Source: Octopus vulgaris
Lineage: Eukaryota
Assembly: GCA_951406725.2 (NCBI GenBank)
Contig: OX597826.1
Span: forward strand, 40,114,001-40,178,000
DNA length: 64,000 bases
Direction of reading: 5' to 3'
The first letter of the stretch is position 1. Every line of letters starts with the position of its first letter. The notes beneath the pieces are model-generated. The model made no database searches, was not told the origin of the DNA, and worked only from the letters and a program-made list of their open reading frames with translations. The position numbers were made by a program, and so were the translations under genes. This document shows, piece after piece, positions 13,300 to 25,670 of this stretch.

Positions 13300-14400
13300 G
13301 AATCTAAATAACATGCAGTGGTTAATGATTATTCTACATTTAATTATAATATTGATTATAAATATTTAAGTTTAATTCAATGTGTGATGCCATCTGGTGC
13401 GAAGCTCTGTACACTGATATCTAAAATTCTAAATCATCCTAAAACGTACAATATTATTGATTACGTATTCAGAATGACTTTAAATAGCCAACACGCTTCT
13501 GATAAAATCAAGTGATCTAATAATAAATTTTATAATAAAACGGCTAAGCAAAATTAAGTGAATAATCGTCCATAGAGACATCATAACTACACCAATCCCA
13601 ACATTGACGATTACCCGATATCAGACCCCAGAACGGTTGTTCTTAATTGTGTAAGAGGGAGATGTTGTGATGGATGTAATACTCCTTATGCTACAAATTT
13701 AATAACTTAAATTTTTTAAATACTAGCTTTAATGTGTGATTTTTACCCCTCTTACAAGTTCGAGAAGGTTCGTAATGAACAAAGGATCAAACTTCCATGT
13801 TATCAGCCAAACTTGTTTGATAACATTGCTACTGAAATATTTAACTGAAAAGTGTTTCCTTTAGCGCCAAAGTTCAAAAGCTTAGTCAGTTTGATTGGTC
13901 AGCTATCTAGCTCTTGCTTCCGACCATTATATGACCATCAAAATTTTTATCAGCCACAAATTCCAACATATGACCTAAAGATTTGACAACTCAAGATAAG
14001 CATACATTAAATATTGTTGCTTTGGTATTGAATAGAGTAGTTGGTAGGCAAATTCAATATCGTCACCCTATGTTAAATTTTCTTCCCACACTCTGTTTTG
14101 CTCTAAATATTATCTTCCCATAGAGGGAAGAGAATATTTTTCATAACAAGTTTAGCAGAATGTCACCTGAAGAAATGGAATATTTATGTAACAATACAAA
14201 TTTACGTAATGCTGCCCAATGCCTTAAGTAATGGGCTCATATTTCAAATGAAACACGCTATTGGAACGCTTGTTGTGATGTTTTGAATTATCCATTTCCT
14301 ATTGTTTGTTAAATATTATACCATGTAAAATATTCCAATTATAGCTTTGCTACATACACGGACTTGAAGGAACTCCAAAACCATAAAACAACTGTTTAAT
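13300..14400 (+). pseudogene. Decayed open reading frame of unknown family
   Basis: 13561-13983 has 4 stops in ~140 codons; after a frameshift 13983-14310 has 2 internal stops in ~109 codons. Stop-poor for AT-rich DNA, with protein-like composition. Confidence 0.45.
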
Positions 14401-14522
14401 TCTGTATAGACTTCTGAACTGACGAATTGAATTTTAGAGTTATCTGTTTCAACAAATATACGCAGAGGTGATTCTAGGTTAATTTGGTAGATTCTTTATC
14501 TCTCTGCATCATATAATATACA

Positions 14523-14586
<64 letters not shown>

Positions 14587-14745
14587 CCCACACACAAACA
14601 TAAGCAAGCACACACACACATACACACATGCATTATACACGTATATATTTCGCAACATAAATTCATGTAACTGATTAAAACCTTAATGAGCTATGCTCAA
14701 ATTAAAAGTAGATGAATAACAGTAACCAATAAAAGAATAAAATGT

Positions 14746-14820
<75 letters not shown>

Positions 14821-15105
14821 CTGTGTGTTGTGGATAGATATACTGAAAGCTAGAAAAGCCGATCGAATAAAGCTCGTATAAAATGCAAATATAATTGAAT
14901 ATAGTCACAAACACAGTCAATGCTGTATAATTTGTGGAAAATTCATGTTTTTCGCATCAATACCTCCATAAATTTACATCCTGTATACAATATTACACAC
15001 ATACCTACATACACGCACAACACACATATATTCACACACACATACATACATACATGTCTGCATACATATATGTATGTATATGCATATGTATATATATGTA
15101 TATAT

Positions 15106-15150
<45 letters not shown>

Positions 15151-15218
15151 TATGTGTGTGTGTGTATATATATATATTCAGACACATTTTCTTTCCCCTT
15201 TGACTCTGTCTCTCCCTC

Positions 15219-15254
<36 letters not shown>

Positions 15255-15971
15255 TACACACGCAACACATGCATACATACATATCACACACACAAGCATA
15301 TGCCACTTACCATGTGAGAGATATATGAGCCTTCTATCTGCTGATAAAATTCGATCTGTTTCGATGACAGCTGAATAACATATGTGTGGTGTCATTGTTT
15401 GATTGAACCTTTGATCTCTAATTCCGATCGCGTTTTGTCAGTTTGCCACAGGAAGACATCTGCAGACACTCAATTTTATAAACATTGATAGAATAACAAG
15501 TAAAAGGAACAGAAGCCCAAACGTTTCACATTTATTTCAGGAAATCACGAATATTTTGGAAGAGATTCAATTAAATTAGCTTAATTTAAGGCTCTAAAGC
15601 ACCCCTGGCATCAAAATTGATGACTGTGTTGTTCCTTGTACCAGATATAGCAGTTAAATTTCTCTCAAATCACAATTGTTTTATTTTAATAAAGGGACAT
15701 ATTAGAGAATTATTTTCCAATTGAAACTATTTTAATAATTATTCCGCTAAATCATGGCTGGTTTTACTTATTGGTGTAATAGCAACTAAGAGAGCTCGTG
15801 CATATTTCGGACGAACTCGTGCTTATTTGGGTAAATTCATATCAATCACAAAGTGCTAGAGATAGAAGTAAATCTCCCTCAAATCGCACTTGTATTTAGT
15901 CCTTGATATAATATTCCAGAAAACAAAATGGCTTAGTCACTATTGGGAAGCTACTCATTATAAGTGTGCCA

Positions 15972-17560
15972 TTAAGTGGCATCATGGGTGAAATTAACAG
16001 AAACCACCTGAACGTAACATTGCAGCCAGGTCTCTAGTTTGAGAATGCATTCCGCCCTCCCTCTCATCAGACTTCGGGGCCCTGTAACGGGTTTTAGACA
16101 CTGCCTTTCCACTTGGTCATACGATAAAAATTCACACCAAATATACAACAGTTGTAAATTCCCCCTTTGATACCTCCATGGTATCATTTGGGGGAATTGC
16201 ATTTTTCCAGTAGGTGCCTCAAGTTTCAAGGGGGCGGGTGATTTTGTTTTTGTAGTGGCTTGTGCGTTCAGGGGCTGGGTTTTTCATTATTTTGTTAGGG
16301 GACAGGAACCGCAGCAGCGGGAGTGGGTTTTTTGTCTTTGTGGGGATTAGTGTGTGTGTGTGGGAGTGGGAATGCTTTTTACACTTGAAGAGCTTGGTGT
16401 CTGCACCATCTTCTTTTTTCGTTCCTCACAGTCTGCCACAATGTGGCCCTTTTTGCCACATTCGTAACATGTGGTTTCTTTACCCTCCACTTGGATTTTT
16501 AGTATAGAATTGTCACCCATGAGTACCCTGTCTGGAAGCATCTCGGTATCTACATGGACCCCCTGAATGACTGCCGAGATGCTCTGCCCGAGCCAATTCG
16601 AGGGTGGGCAGAGCATGTGATTTGGAGAAACTTTGGAGAAGATTTGGAGAATCTTGTCCTCCCTGTAAAACAACAGGGTGGCTATTACCTCCCTCGGATC
16701 CACTTCTGGTGGCACTTCTGACACCTTTACACGTGAAGTACGCCTCCCTATGTAGTTTGGCAAAAGCACCACTTCTTTAGTCTTCATGGGCCTCACAGAG
16801 TACCCGCAGGTCATATCCTCTGTAGCAAAACGCACCTCCACGATACCATATGTCTTGCTCCTTGCAATGTAACTTATGTCTTTCCATATTGGGACAAGGC
16901 ATTTTTCAATGTTCTCCTTTTCAGAGTGCTTGAAGCGCTTGTTTTCTGTAGAGTAGGTTTTAAACAAAATTGTTTTTCTCTCCGAATCCATAGCATTGGA
17001 GAAGGGTGATATTTTCACATCAGCGTCCTCCTCTTTTACTCTTTTGAAATATTCCTGTAGTATTCCTACAGGGATATCAATATTTACTGTTGTCACTGGG
17101 GCAACTGCCGAAAATTTCTTCTCAGTGTTGGCATTTTTCTCTGAAAATTACGACCGATTTACTCGGCGGAAATTAATAACCAAAGAACAGAGAAAACACA
17201 AGAATAATTAATAATATAATAATTTAAATTAATAATATAATAATTTAAATTCTCCTCAAGAAGAGGTCAGCAGTTCAAAACAGTACGACACAGTTTAAAG
17301 TAGTTCATAAACAGCTCAATAAACACACAAATAAGTCTGCAAAATCTTTAAAAGAGTTCAATTTTTAACAGAAAAATATATACAATGCCACAATGGCCAC
17401 AGAAAATAAGTAACAATTTCTATTTCCCGTAACCGTGAAACAGAACAGTTCAACAATAATAGTAACAAGTTCAGCAATACCAGCAGTAGTAACAATATAT
17501 TCCAACGGTAAATCCAACGATAATTTCAGCACGACGCACTAACAACGACCGTAGTCTATA
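15972..17560 (-). mobile_element. L1/Tx1-like LINE 5' portion: 5' UTR plus ORF1 (gag-like, CCHC zinc knuckle)
   Basis: ORF 16347-17096 (249 aa) with GIVEVRF, RVKVSEVPPEV and CYECGKKGHIVADC; continues in broken frames to ~15972. Confidence 0.75.
16347..17096 (-). CDS. Retrotransposon ORF1-like nucleic-acid-binding protein with CX2CX4HX4C knuckle (probably non-functional)
   Basis: Longest complex-sequence ORF in the window; zinc knuckle preceded by an RRM-like segment; no clear ATG start. Confidence 0.6.
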   Translation of the reverse strand: MTTVNIDIPVGILQEYFKRVKEEDADVKISPFSNAMDSERKTILFKTYSTENKRFKHSEKENIEKCLVPIWKDISYIARSKTYGIVEVRFATEDMTCGYSVRPMKTKEVVLLPNYIGRRTSRVKVSEVPPEVDPREVIATLLFYREDKILQIFSKVSPNHMLCPPSNWLGQSISAVIQGVHVDTEMLPDRVLMGDNSILKIQVEGKETTCYECGKKGHIVADCEERKKKMVQTPSSSSVKSIPTPTHTH

Positions 17561-17824
17561 ATCGGAAGCAAGCTTCTTACCACACAGCCACACCTGCGCC
17601 TATATATCTTTAACTATTTTAAATTTCACCTTTCAAGTTACCATTTAACGACCCCTAACGGATAAAAATGGCGGTCGAGCTCAATGGTATTCAAAATCTG
17701 AAAATAATCATATATCGCAAGGTATTTTAATGTGCCAAGCTTCTGGCCTTGTGTTATTAGATACTGTCAATTTATATGTGTATATCATGTATAGGAACAG
17801 AAATGAATCTTGAAAATTAGGTGT

Positions 17825-18380
17825 ATTCTTTCTTTTATTCCTTTGACTCCATGTGGTTTACAAGGCGACAAGAGATTCCCGTCTTTTATAATAGATAGCA
17901 GCCGCCCTCAGGTATTGCCAGTTAGTGCTTCAATTTCTGTGAACCTTCTCCATGCCGTTTTTGATATGCCACCGTTCCCTCTCCCTTGAGTTGTCAATTG
18001 TGTTGGAGTTTCCTTAGGGCGTGTTCCTACCAATCCTATTTCCTTCTCTTGATCTGGAATTCGATAGATTGCAGATTCACCCACAAGGATTTATTTGTAA
18101 ATCTGTCTTAATATCTCATCTAAATGATGTTGCGAAGACGTCTACTCACAAACATTTGGAGCACGTTGAAAACCTTTATGATTTGTCATGTTTCCCACAC
18201 GTGCAACGGAATTATCATCACCTTCATGTTAAAGATAAAGAGCTTTGTGTTTGTCGGCGAAGCCTATGATCTCCAGATGGTTCCAAGTATTCTGGAGGCT
18301 TCGGTAGCTTTTGTAATCTTTCTCTTCATATCTGTATCTGTCCCGCCCTCCCTATTAACAGTGCTTCCCATATATGTGTG
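17825..18380 (-). mobile_element. RTE-clade LINE 3' fragment
   Basis: TYMGSTVNREGGTDTDMKRKITKA..IWRS..TKLFIFN..WET..LQMFVSRRLRNI; purine-rich tail near 17825. Confidence 0.8.
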
Positions 18381-18835
18381 ATTTTAGAGAGACATATGGA
18401 TTGATTGGTAGATAAATAGATCAGAAATGAGCGACGGATATAGTAATTGCTCTATAGTCTTTAGTTCAGCTGTGTACACGTCTCTCGAGGTAACTTATGA
18501 TAAATATTCCATATTTCTTGTATGTCATAAAACCGAATCTCTTTTTAGGTATTCTCGGTGATTAAATAATTCAGTTAGATTAATTAAAATTGCGCTGTTT
18601 AAGTTTCTATGTTTATCTATTACATATGTAGTGAGAGAGATGGGATGATAATGGGAATACAGTAAGACAGTCTTTCTTCTATAAGTAAGTCAATAAAATC
18701 GAAATGAATGTAAGCAATCAGAAAGCATGCTGGATATATACTATATCATAGTGGGGGTGAAAAAGATAGGCCTGAGAGAACAACATATTTGCTACCTAAA
18801 CAAGCCCACAGAAATACTAAATATAAATTATAAAT

Positions 18836-19168
18836 TAAAGTCGACCCCGGTGGCATTCGAACTCAGAATGCAAAATCAGAGCAAATGCCGTTAAGCATTA
18901 TATTTTCCCTTCCTGCCAGCTTGCCGCCTTATAAATATAAAATATTAGATATAAATAATATATTTCTTTATTGTCCACAGGGGGCTAAACACAGAGGGTA
19001 CAAACAAGTAGAGACAAAGGGCTTAAGTCGGTTACATCGACCCCAGTGCGTAACTGGTACTCAATTTATCGACCCCGAAAGGATGAAAGAAAAAGTCGAC
19101 CTCGGCAGAATTTGAACTCAGAACGTAACGGCAGCCGAAATACCGCTAAGCATTTCGCCTGCCGCCTT
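18836..19168 (-). mobile_element. Two adjacent family-A SINE copies (partial 18836-18929; longer 18963-19168)
   Basis: Homology to 2742-2969; 28-bp direct repeat aatataaaatattagata(t/g)aaataatat at 18934 and 19178 flanks the second copy. Confidence 0.85.
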
Positions 19169-19740
19169 ATAATATCTAATATAAAATATTAGATAGAAAT
19201 AATATTGGAGGAAATTGTCTAAAGTCATTGAAATAACTGATTGAAATTCTCACAGATTTTTACTAATGAAAAATTTACAGCTATTGACAGTTGTTAATAA
19301 GCGTTGTCAAAGAAGATCACATTTACAACAATAACTGTTCTTCTGGTCGCTGGTTCGTTTATTTTCTTTATTTGTTCTGGTGATATTTTAATAACCCTAA
19401 TTATGGAATCCAAACAGAATTTTCCAGTTGATTGAATGAACATGAATATAGAATAAATATAATATAGTGCCAATTCTACGCGTTATTTCCGAATATTTAT
19501 ATATATATGAGAAATGACCATGGGTTTTGACTTGGTACTCTTTCACATATGTTTCAGTAGCGCTACATGCTAGAAGAAGACGCCAAATGACCCCCAAAAC
19601 TACCTTATTTATCACATAGACACGGGCATAAATTGTCCTTATAATCATATTTATAAAATTAAATGCGTTGTATTAATTTTTACATAAAAGGTTTTTTACA
19701 TGCTAGCTACTTGATAAAATCCTATATAGATTGTATCCTT

Positions 19741-19872
<132 letters not shown>

Positions 19873-19994
19873 AAATATATATGTGTGTGAGTCTGTGTGT
19901 GTGTGTGTGTCTGTGTGTTAGAAAGTCTACGAGAATTACTTATTTTTGAAGTGTAAAAGTGATTTTAAAAATTAATTTTTAAAGAATTGATATG

Positions 19995-21420
19995 AAATCT
20001 TGGTCATAGTTTAATTGGACTTAAAATAACATTTACAGCTGCTTGAGTTTGTTATTTTTATGTAAATTTTCATTTATCTCGTTTCATGTAATAAACATCG
20101 TCAGAATGATTTAGAGTTTATCAGAGGAATAATGACAGGAGAAAAAAGAAAACGGTAAAGAACACGGAAAAATTCTTGAGTAAATGTAAAACTAAGAATG
20201 TCATCTACCAATGTGACGTATTCTCCAATAATTACAAGAATACTTATATAGGAGCAACTAATGAAATGAAATGAAATGAATCTTATATATAATTCCCATG
20301 TCACAAGTTCCAGAAATAAGGCTAACTCTGCCGGATTAAGAAGTTGCATCTGGGAACTTAAAGATAGTAGCCTTAATTATAGATTAGAATGGCACATCCT
20401 AGCCAAAACCCCTACGTATAACCTTTAAAATAATCGTTGTGATTTATGCATTAATAAGAAATTCTTCATTTTAATGGCCAAATCAGAAGTACTTAATAAA
20501 TGAGGCGAAAAATATTAACATACTTACATAAAAAGAAATTATTATTCTCTAAATACCGCTGATACGTACATTACAAGTTATTAGCAGACCTGTCTAACAT
20601 CCGATTACCTCCCCTTGACCCTCCCCTTACTACAGAGCATGATTTGATATCATAAATCACGATTATATCAAATTACTACGACTAACTGAATTATTTATCT
20701 TAAATGCACGATGCCACCCGCAGCTATAATTCTCTTTAATATATTCACATTAAAGTTAGATCACTGACTAACATACTAATTGCTAGGGCTGCCACTTACA
20801 ACTAAACGAGCAATTTAGTCTATTCTAGAAGAGTTGATTGGTTTCAATTATATTAACAAGTAGATAGCACATGAGAACATTATATTTTTTCGTTATACCT
20901 TTTTACGTAACCTAGATTTATACCGTATATCGCACTTTTAAAAGCTTTTAAAAGCATCCTAAATTTTAACAAGGGCATTATTTGTAAATCATAGGGACTT
21001 ATCTAGCGGGCTCAAATAGCGTTATTTATTACATAATTACTGACACCGGATATTACTACCAGGTGCAACTCTTTCGACTAACACCGCCTGTCAACTAGTC
21101 ATTTTCCCCACTTACTGCTTCCTTCTTCTAATTGTACACACACGTGCAATCTTTAAAAGACACAAAAATATAAGCCTAAAGACTTGATGACCTTCTTTCC
21201 TTTTTCCTTTTTCTTTTTCGATTTCCTTTTTTCTCCTTTCATTATCCCTCTAATAAACTCTAAATCATGCAGACAATGTTTATTACATGGAACGAGATAA
21301 ATGCAACTTTACCTCAAAAAATAACAAACTGAAATAGCCAAAGATTCTATTTTAACTCCAATTAAACTATGACCATTTAATAACAGTGATCAACTTCTAG
21401 TTTCTCCATTTCTTTTCTTA
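19995..21420 (+). mobile_element. Penelope-like element: inverted pLTR, GIY-YIG endonuclease remnant, C/A-rich 3' region, sense pLTR
   Basis: 20190-20560 translates NVIYQCDV..TYIGATN..NSAGLRSCIWELKD..LEWHIL..RCDLCINKK..LNK; ~20000-20160 is a diverged inverted copy of ~21220-21375; degenerate CTGACGA..GAAAC in the inverted copy. Confidence 0.82.
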
Positions 21421-21453
21421 TCTATCTCTCTCTCTCTCTCTTTATATATATAC

Positions 21454-21532
<79 letters not shown>

Positions 21533-21535
<3 letters not shown>

Positions 21536-22465
21536 CTTCTGCTTTGGTGAGATCGACTCGACTATCCTGCTATAAAGTCCTTTCATTTGATCTCTGCACT
21601 TTGCTCTGAGCTGTCTAGGCCCACAGACCATATAGGTGCTGTTCCTGATTACTTGGAAGCCACACTAGATATCTGGGAGGTTTTTGTTTGCAATAGTGAA
21701 CAATGGTTGATGAATCCTCTATGCGGGTAAAATCCTCTGGCAACCAATTTACCCGTATAGAATCCTTGTCAGAGGATTTTAGCCGCATAGAGAGCAAGGT
21801 AATCCCCTTGTAATTGACAATTTCTGGAGCGTCTGAGATGTCCATCTCACAAATACTTCAACATGATTATTCAACCGCATGAAAACATGTTAAGGAAGAT
21901 CAGGCACAGAAACCCCTTTTCTGACATTTCCCTTACTTGTGTAAAGAAAGGCTGTGTCCTTGCACCAACCTTTTTCACCACCTTCAGTATGATGGTTCAA
22001 CTGGCAACTGAAGTCCCTGAAAATGAAGATGGTATCTACACACCATATCATACTGTTTGCAGTCTTTTCAAACTGACGCATCTACAAGCTCACACCAAAA
22101 CAATAGAACAACCCAACCACGAAATACTTTTCACAGACAATGCTGCCATTGTTGCCCACAAAGAGACAGTCTTGTAACACATGACCTCTTGCTTTGCCAA
22201 AGCTGCCCGGCAATTTGGCCAACGAGTCAGTTCAAAGAAAACAGAAGTTGTCTGTCACTCATCTTGGGTGCACAATCTCATCATATACCAAAATTGACAC
22301 AGAACCTGATAGCAGACTGGCCAAGGTAGACAATAATTTCGGTAGATTATACAAGGGATTTGGGAAACAGACCTTGATCAGTGTATACAGAGCTATTGTT
22401 TTTACCACCCTCTCATACAGCTATGATTCGTGCGTCATCTATCGGCATCACCTACGACTCCATGA
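21533..22465 (+). mobile_element. RTE (BovB-like) LINE RT fragment with inverted 5' segment
   Basis: Minus 21533-21850: NYKGITLLS..CGF..MV..RQLRAKCRDQMKGLY..VDLTKA; plus 21850-22465: MIIQPHENM..GCVLAPTFF..LFTDNAA..HLGCTIS..FGRL..VYRAIV. Confidence 0.85.
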
Positions 22466-22629
22466 TAGAAGAGCACTGTGTGTGTGTGTGTTTGTGCGTG
22501 TACACATGTTTATATTTATTTGCGCATATGTGAATATGTATGCATATAAATACGCTCACATAAGTATGTGTGTGTGTCTGTGTGAGTGCGTGTGCGTATA
22601 GATAAATAGACCGATACATAGATAGACCA

Positions 22630-22679
<50 letters not shown>

Positions 22680-22689
<10 letters not shown>

Positions 22690-23060
22690 CTGAAGTTGTC
22701 TGTGTATGGCAGGTTTGGTAGCCTTCAACTAACACTATCTCCTCCGAGACGCTGCGGCGCAAGTTGACCAAAATTGAGAGTATGATAGAAGGTTGCTCTT
22801 CTTTCCGTAGAAGAAAAAATTCAAATCGGACCATGTTAACACCAAAAATTATTTACATAAAAAAGGTGCTTTTTTTCTATTAAAACCGTTATTTTTACCG
22901 ATCTCTTGATTGCTGTGTTGCTATTTTTCGGTGTATTTCAACCAGAAAAATGTTCACTTAAAGAGAATAACAAGCTACATAATGCAAATTTTTTACTTTT
23001 CAAAATTTCCAATTCTAAGAGGACGAAACAAACCCGAACAACGCCGGGCGATACTGCTTG
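22680..23060 (+). mobile_element. Non-autonomous Helitron-type element
   Basis: 5' tatataaagctgaagttgtctgtg; 3' cccg-aacaacgc-cggg hairpin followed by a CTAG-like end (cttg-t). Confidence 0.7.
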
Positions 23061-23063
23061 TAC

Positions 23064-23129
<66 letters not shown>

Positions 23130-23199
23130 TCTGTGTGTGTGTGTCTGTGTGTGTTTGTGTGTGTGTATGTGTGTGTAGATAGATAGATAGATAGGGCAC

Positions 23200-23350
23200 A
23201 AGGATGAGGGGTATTAATCGAACGAATCAATTCTGATACGTATTGCATCGGTTTCATGTGCCTAACTGCTAAGCTACGGGGACGTTAACATACCAACACC
23301 GTTTGTCGAGCGGAAATAGAGACAAGCAATAACGTAAAGTTATACACATA
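23200..23350 (-). mobile_element. Family-B SINE fragment
   Basis: gctaagctacggggacgttaacataccaacaccg matches 46310-46350. Confidence 0.6.
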
Positions 23351-23445
23351 CATAGGAAAAGGAAAGATCCAAAGAAGGGAAGACAGAGGGAAAAATCGCC
23401 AACGGTACACACGCGGTCACATTTTGAATATATATATATACAGAG

Positions 23446-23497
<52 letters not shown>

Positions 23498-23499
<2 letters not shown>

Positions 23500-24050
23500 A
23501 TGTAAAGAGCAATGTAAATTTAATAATTATTGTAAACGGATTTAGTATACAACGCTACAGTAGAAGCTGAAGATAAACTATTTTTCTACATTGGTTCTAC
23601 GGACACATATGATACTTAGATTGGCTAACCATAACTCTTCTGTTAGAAACTGTATCTATTACCAAACCAATGAAAATAATTCATCTCTAACAGTTGACTA
23701 ATAATTCTTCTACTATCTAACTTATCCTTCAATTATTTAATAGTATAATTCTTCCCTTGTATATTTAAGTATCGTTCGTTCTTTTTATTTAAATTCATAT
23801 ACTATTTTACATACATTTATATTTTTCTTTACTCTTTATATTATAACTTTATACTTCTGTTTTTTTAGTTTTTACATTATTTTGTCTTAACTTACATCAA
23901 TAATTCACTAGCTAAATACATACGCATAATATATATGATGTAACTTTTTAAACTTATAAGTAATTCGGCTACACCCTATCAAGAAATATGTTAACATTTG
24001 TAATATAAGCTCATAAATCCCTGGTGAGATTCTGCTCCATATAACTTAAA
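23498..24050 (+). mobile_element. Penelope-like fragment with GIY-YIG motif
   Basis: DLVYNATVEAEDKLFFYIGST..RLANHNSS at ~23535-23640 followed by AT-rich pyrimidine-skewed 3' region. Confidence 0.6.
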
Positions 24051-24057
24051 ATGAAGA

Positions 24058-24775
24058 CTAATTCTTAGCATGCGACCCTCCCCAAATGTTTAGAATTACT
24101 AACCACCTAGGGGCATGAATCGAAACATATATGTAGACTTGCTCAAGATTGCTCCCGTTTATGCTTCCCCGACCAATAACAAACACCAAGCTTTTCGCTA
24201 ACACCTTGGCCAAAATCTTAAACACAGCGAGTAGCAGAGTTATGGGCCGAAAATTCCCTAGCACGTTCCCATTGTCGGCTTCCTTTCTCATCTCTCAAAA
24301 GTGTTACCACACCCCGGCTGACAGCACTAAGAATTCTCTCATTCTGCTATCCGTTACTATAGACATCTGCCAAGAGGCTGCCAAACAAATCTAGCACGAA
24401 AATATAGAATTCGTAGAGCAGACCACCAAAACCGCGCGATTTGTGACTTATCTAATCTCTCATCGACTCCCCTATTTCAGAGGTTATAATCGGCCTTTCG
24501 CAGAATCTCATCACCGGGAGCCGTGGTAGGTCCCCTAGATACGAAGTGAAGTTTGCTACCGTCGTCACCCTACCCAAACAGCCACGCAAAGTGCTGCCGG
24601 AAAGCCGCACACTTCTGCTCAGAACTTGATCGTGGTTTCGTTGCCACGTCACGTCTCTACTGTTCGGGCCCATCGAATGGTTTTAGTTCCTTCGTGTTTT
24701 AGCGCATGGTCCTTAGCTCTGACAACGCACCGTTCCTGTTTCACATCAAAGAAATGGTCAAGAGCCATTCTCTGT
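24058..24775 (-). pseudogene. L1/Tx1-like ORF2 (RT N-terminal) fragment
   Basis: GNFRPITLLLAVFKILAKVLA; LPRLP..ERPIITSEIGESM. Confidence 0.75.
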
Positions 24776-24789
24776 TAGCACGTATAACA

Positions 24790-25670
24790 TCTAAAGAGAA
24801 ATCTCAAACAATCAAGCGCATCTTCTTCATGGATGATTTCAAGCTGTATGACAAGGATGAGGCATAAGTGAGTTCCTTGTTGAACATGGTCCACTGTTTT
24901 AGTGCTGATATTAGAATGGAATTCGGACACAAGAAATGTGGAATAATGTACGTAAAAGAGGCAATGTACAGTTCCTAGCAGGAATAGAATTGCTTAATAA
25001 GGAGCTGATTAAACAAATTGAAACGGAAGCCCTACATATACCTTGGCATACTAGATTCAAACGAGATAATAGAGAAGGAAGTGAAAGAGCAACTGAGGAT
25101 GGAATATTTCCGAAGACTAAGATTGGTGTTGCGCTAAAATTTGACAGAACGGAATAAAATACGAAGCAGTTAATACATGGGCGATAGTATCACTTCGGTA
25201 TGGAGCTGGAATTATAAAATGGCAAAAGAAAGAACTGATTAACAAAGATACGAAGACAAGAAATATGTTGACAGGGCATGGAGACTTCAACCCTAAGTGT
25301 GACACCGATAGGGTGTGCTTGTTCCGAAGAAAGAGTGTGAGAAGTTTGATCAGTTGCCAGGATTGTATCAAAGCAGAGAAAAACAGCTTAGGGTGGTATG
25401 TAAAAAATGTCGTGGAACTATTGTTGAAACATGTGAAGAAGGCTAGCGTCATTAAAACTAATAACTGTGTAAAGAAGGAAAAGCTTAAAGAGGAAAAGAA
25501 GAGAAAAAAGAAGCAGCATGGAATAAAATAGTACAGTTAGTTTGCAAGAGTTACGAACTCTAAGACAGATACAGAAGGCCGGTGGCTATAGATGAAGGGG
25601 AGTGACGTGAAGACAGAGGCAGATGAACTCTTATGCGCAATACAAGAACATGCGTTAAGGACAAAGTGAA
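24790..25670 (+). mobile_element. Dong/R4-type LINE fragment (RT C-half)
   Basis: HLLFMDDFKLY, FSADIRMEFG..KC, AVNTWAIVSLRYGAGIIKW, KTEA..LLCAIQEHAL. Confidence 0.85.
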
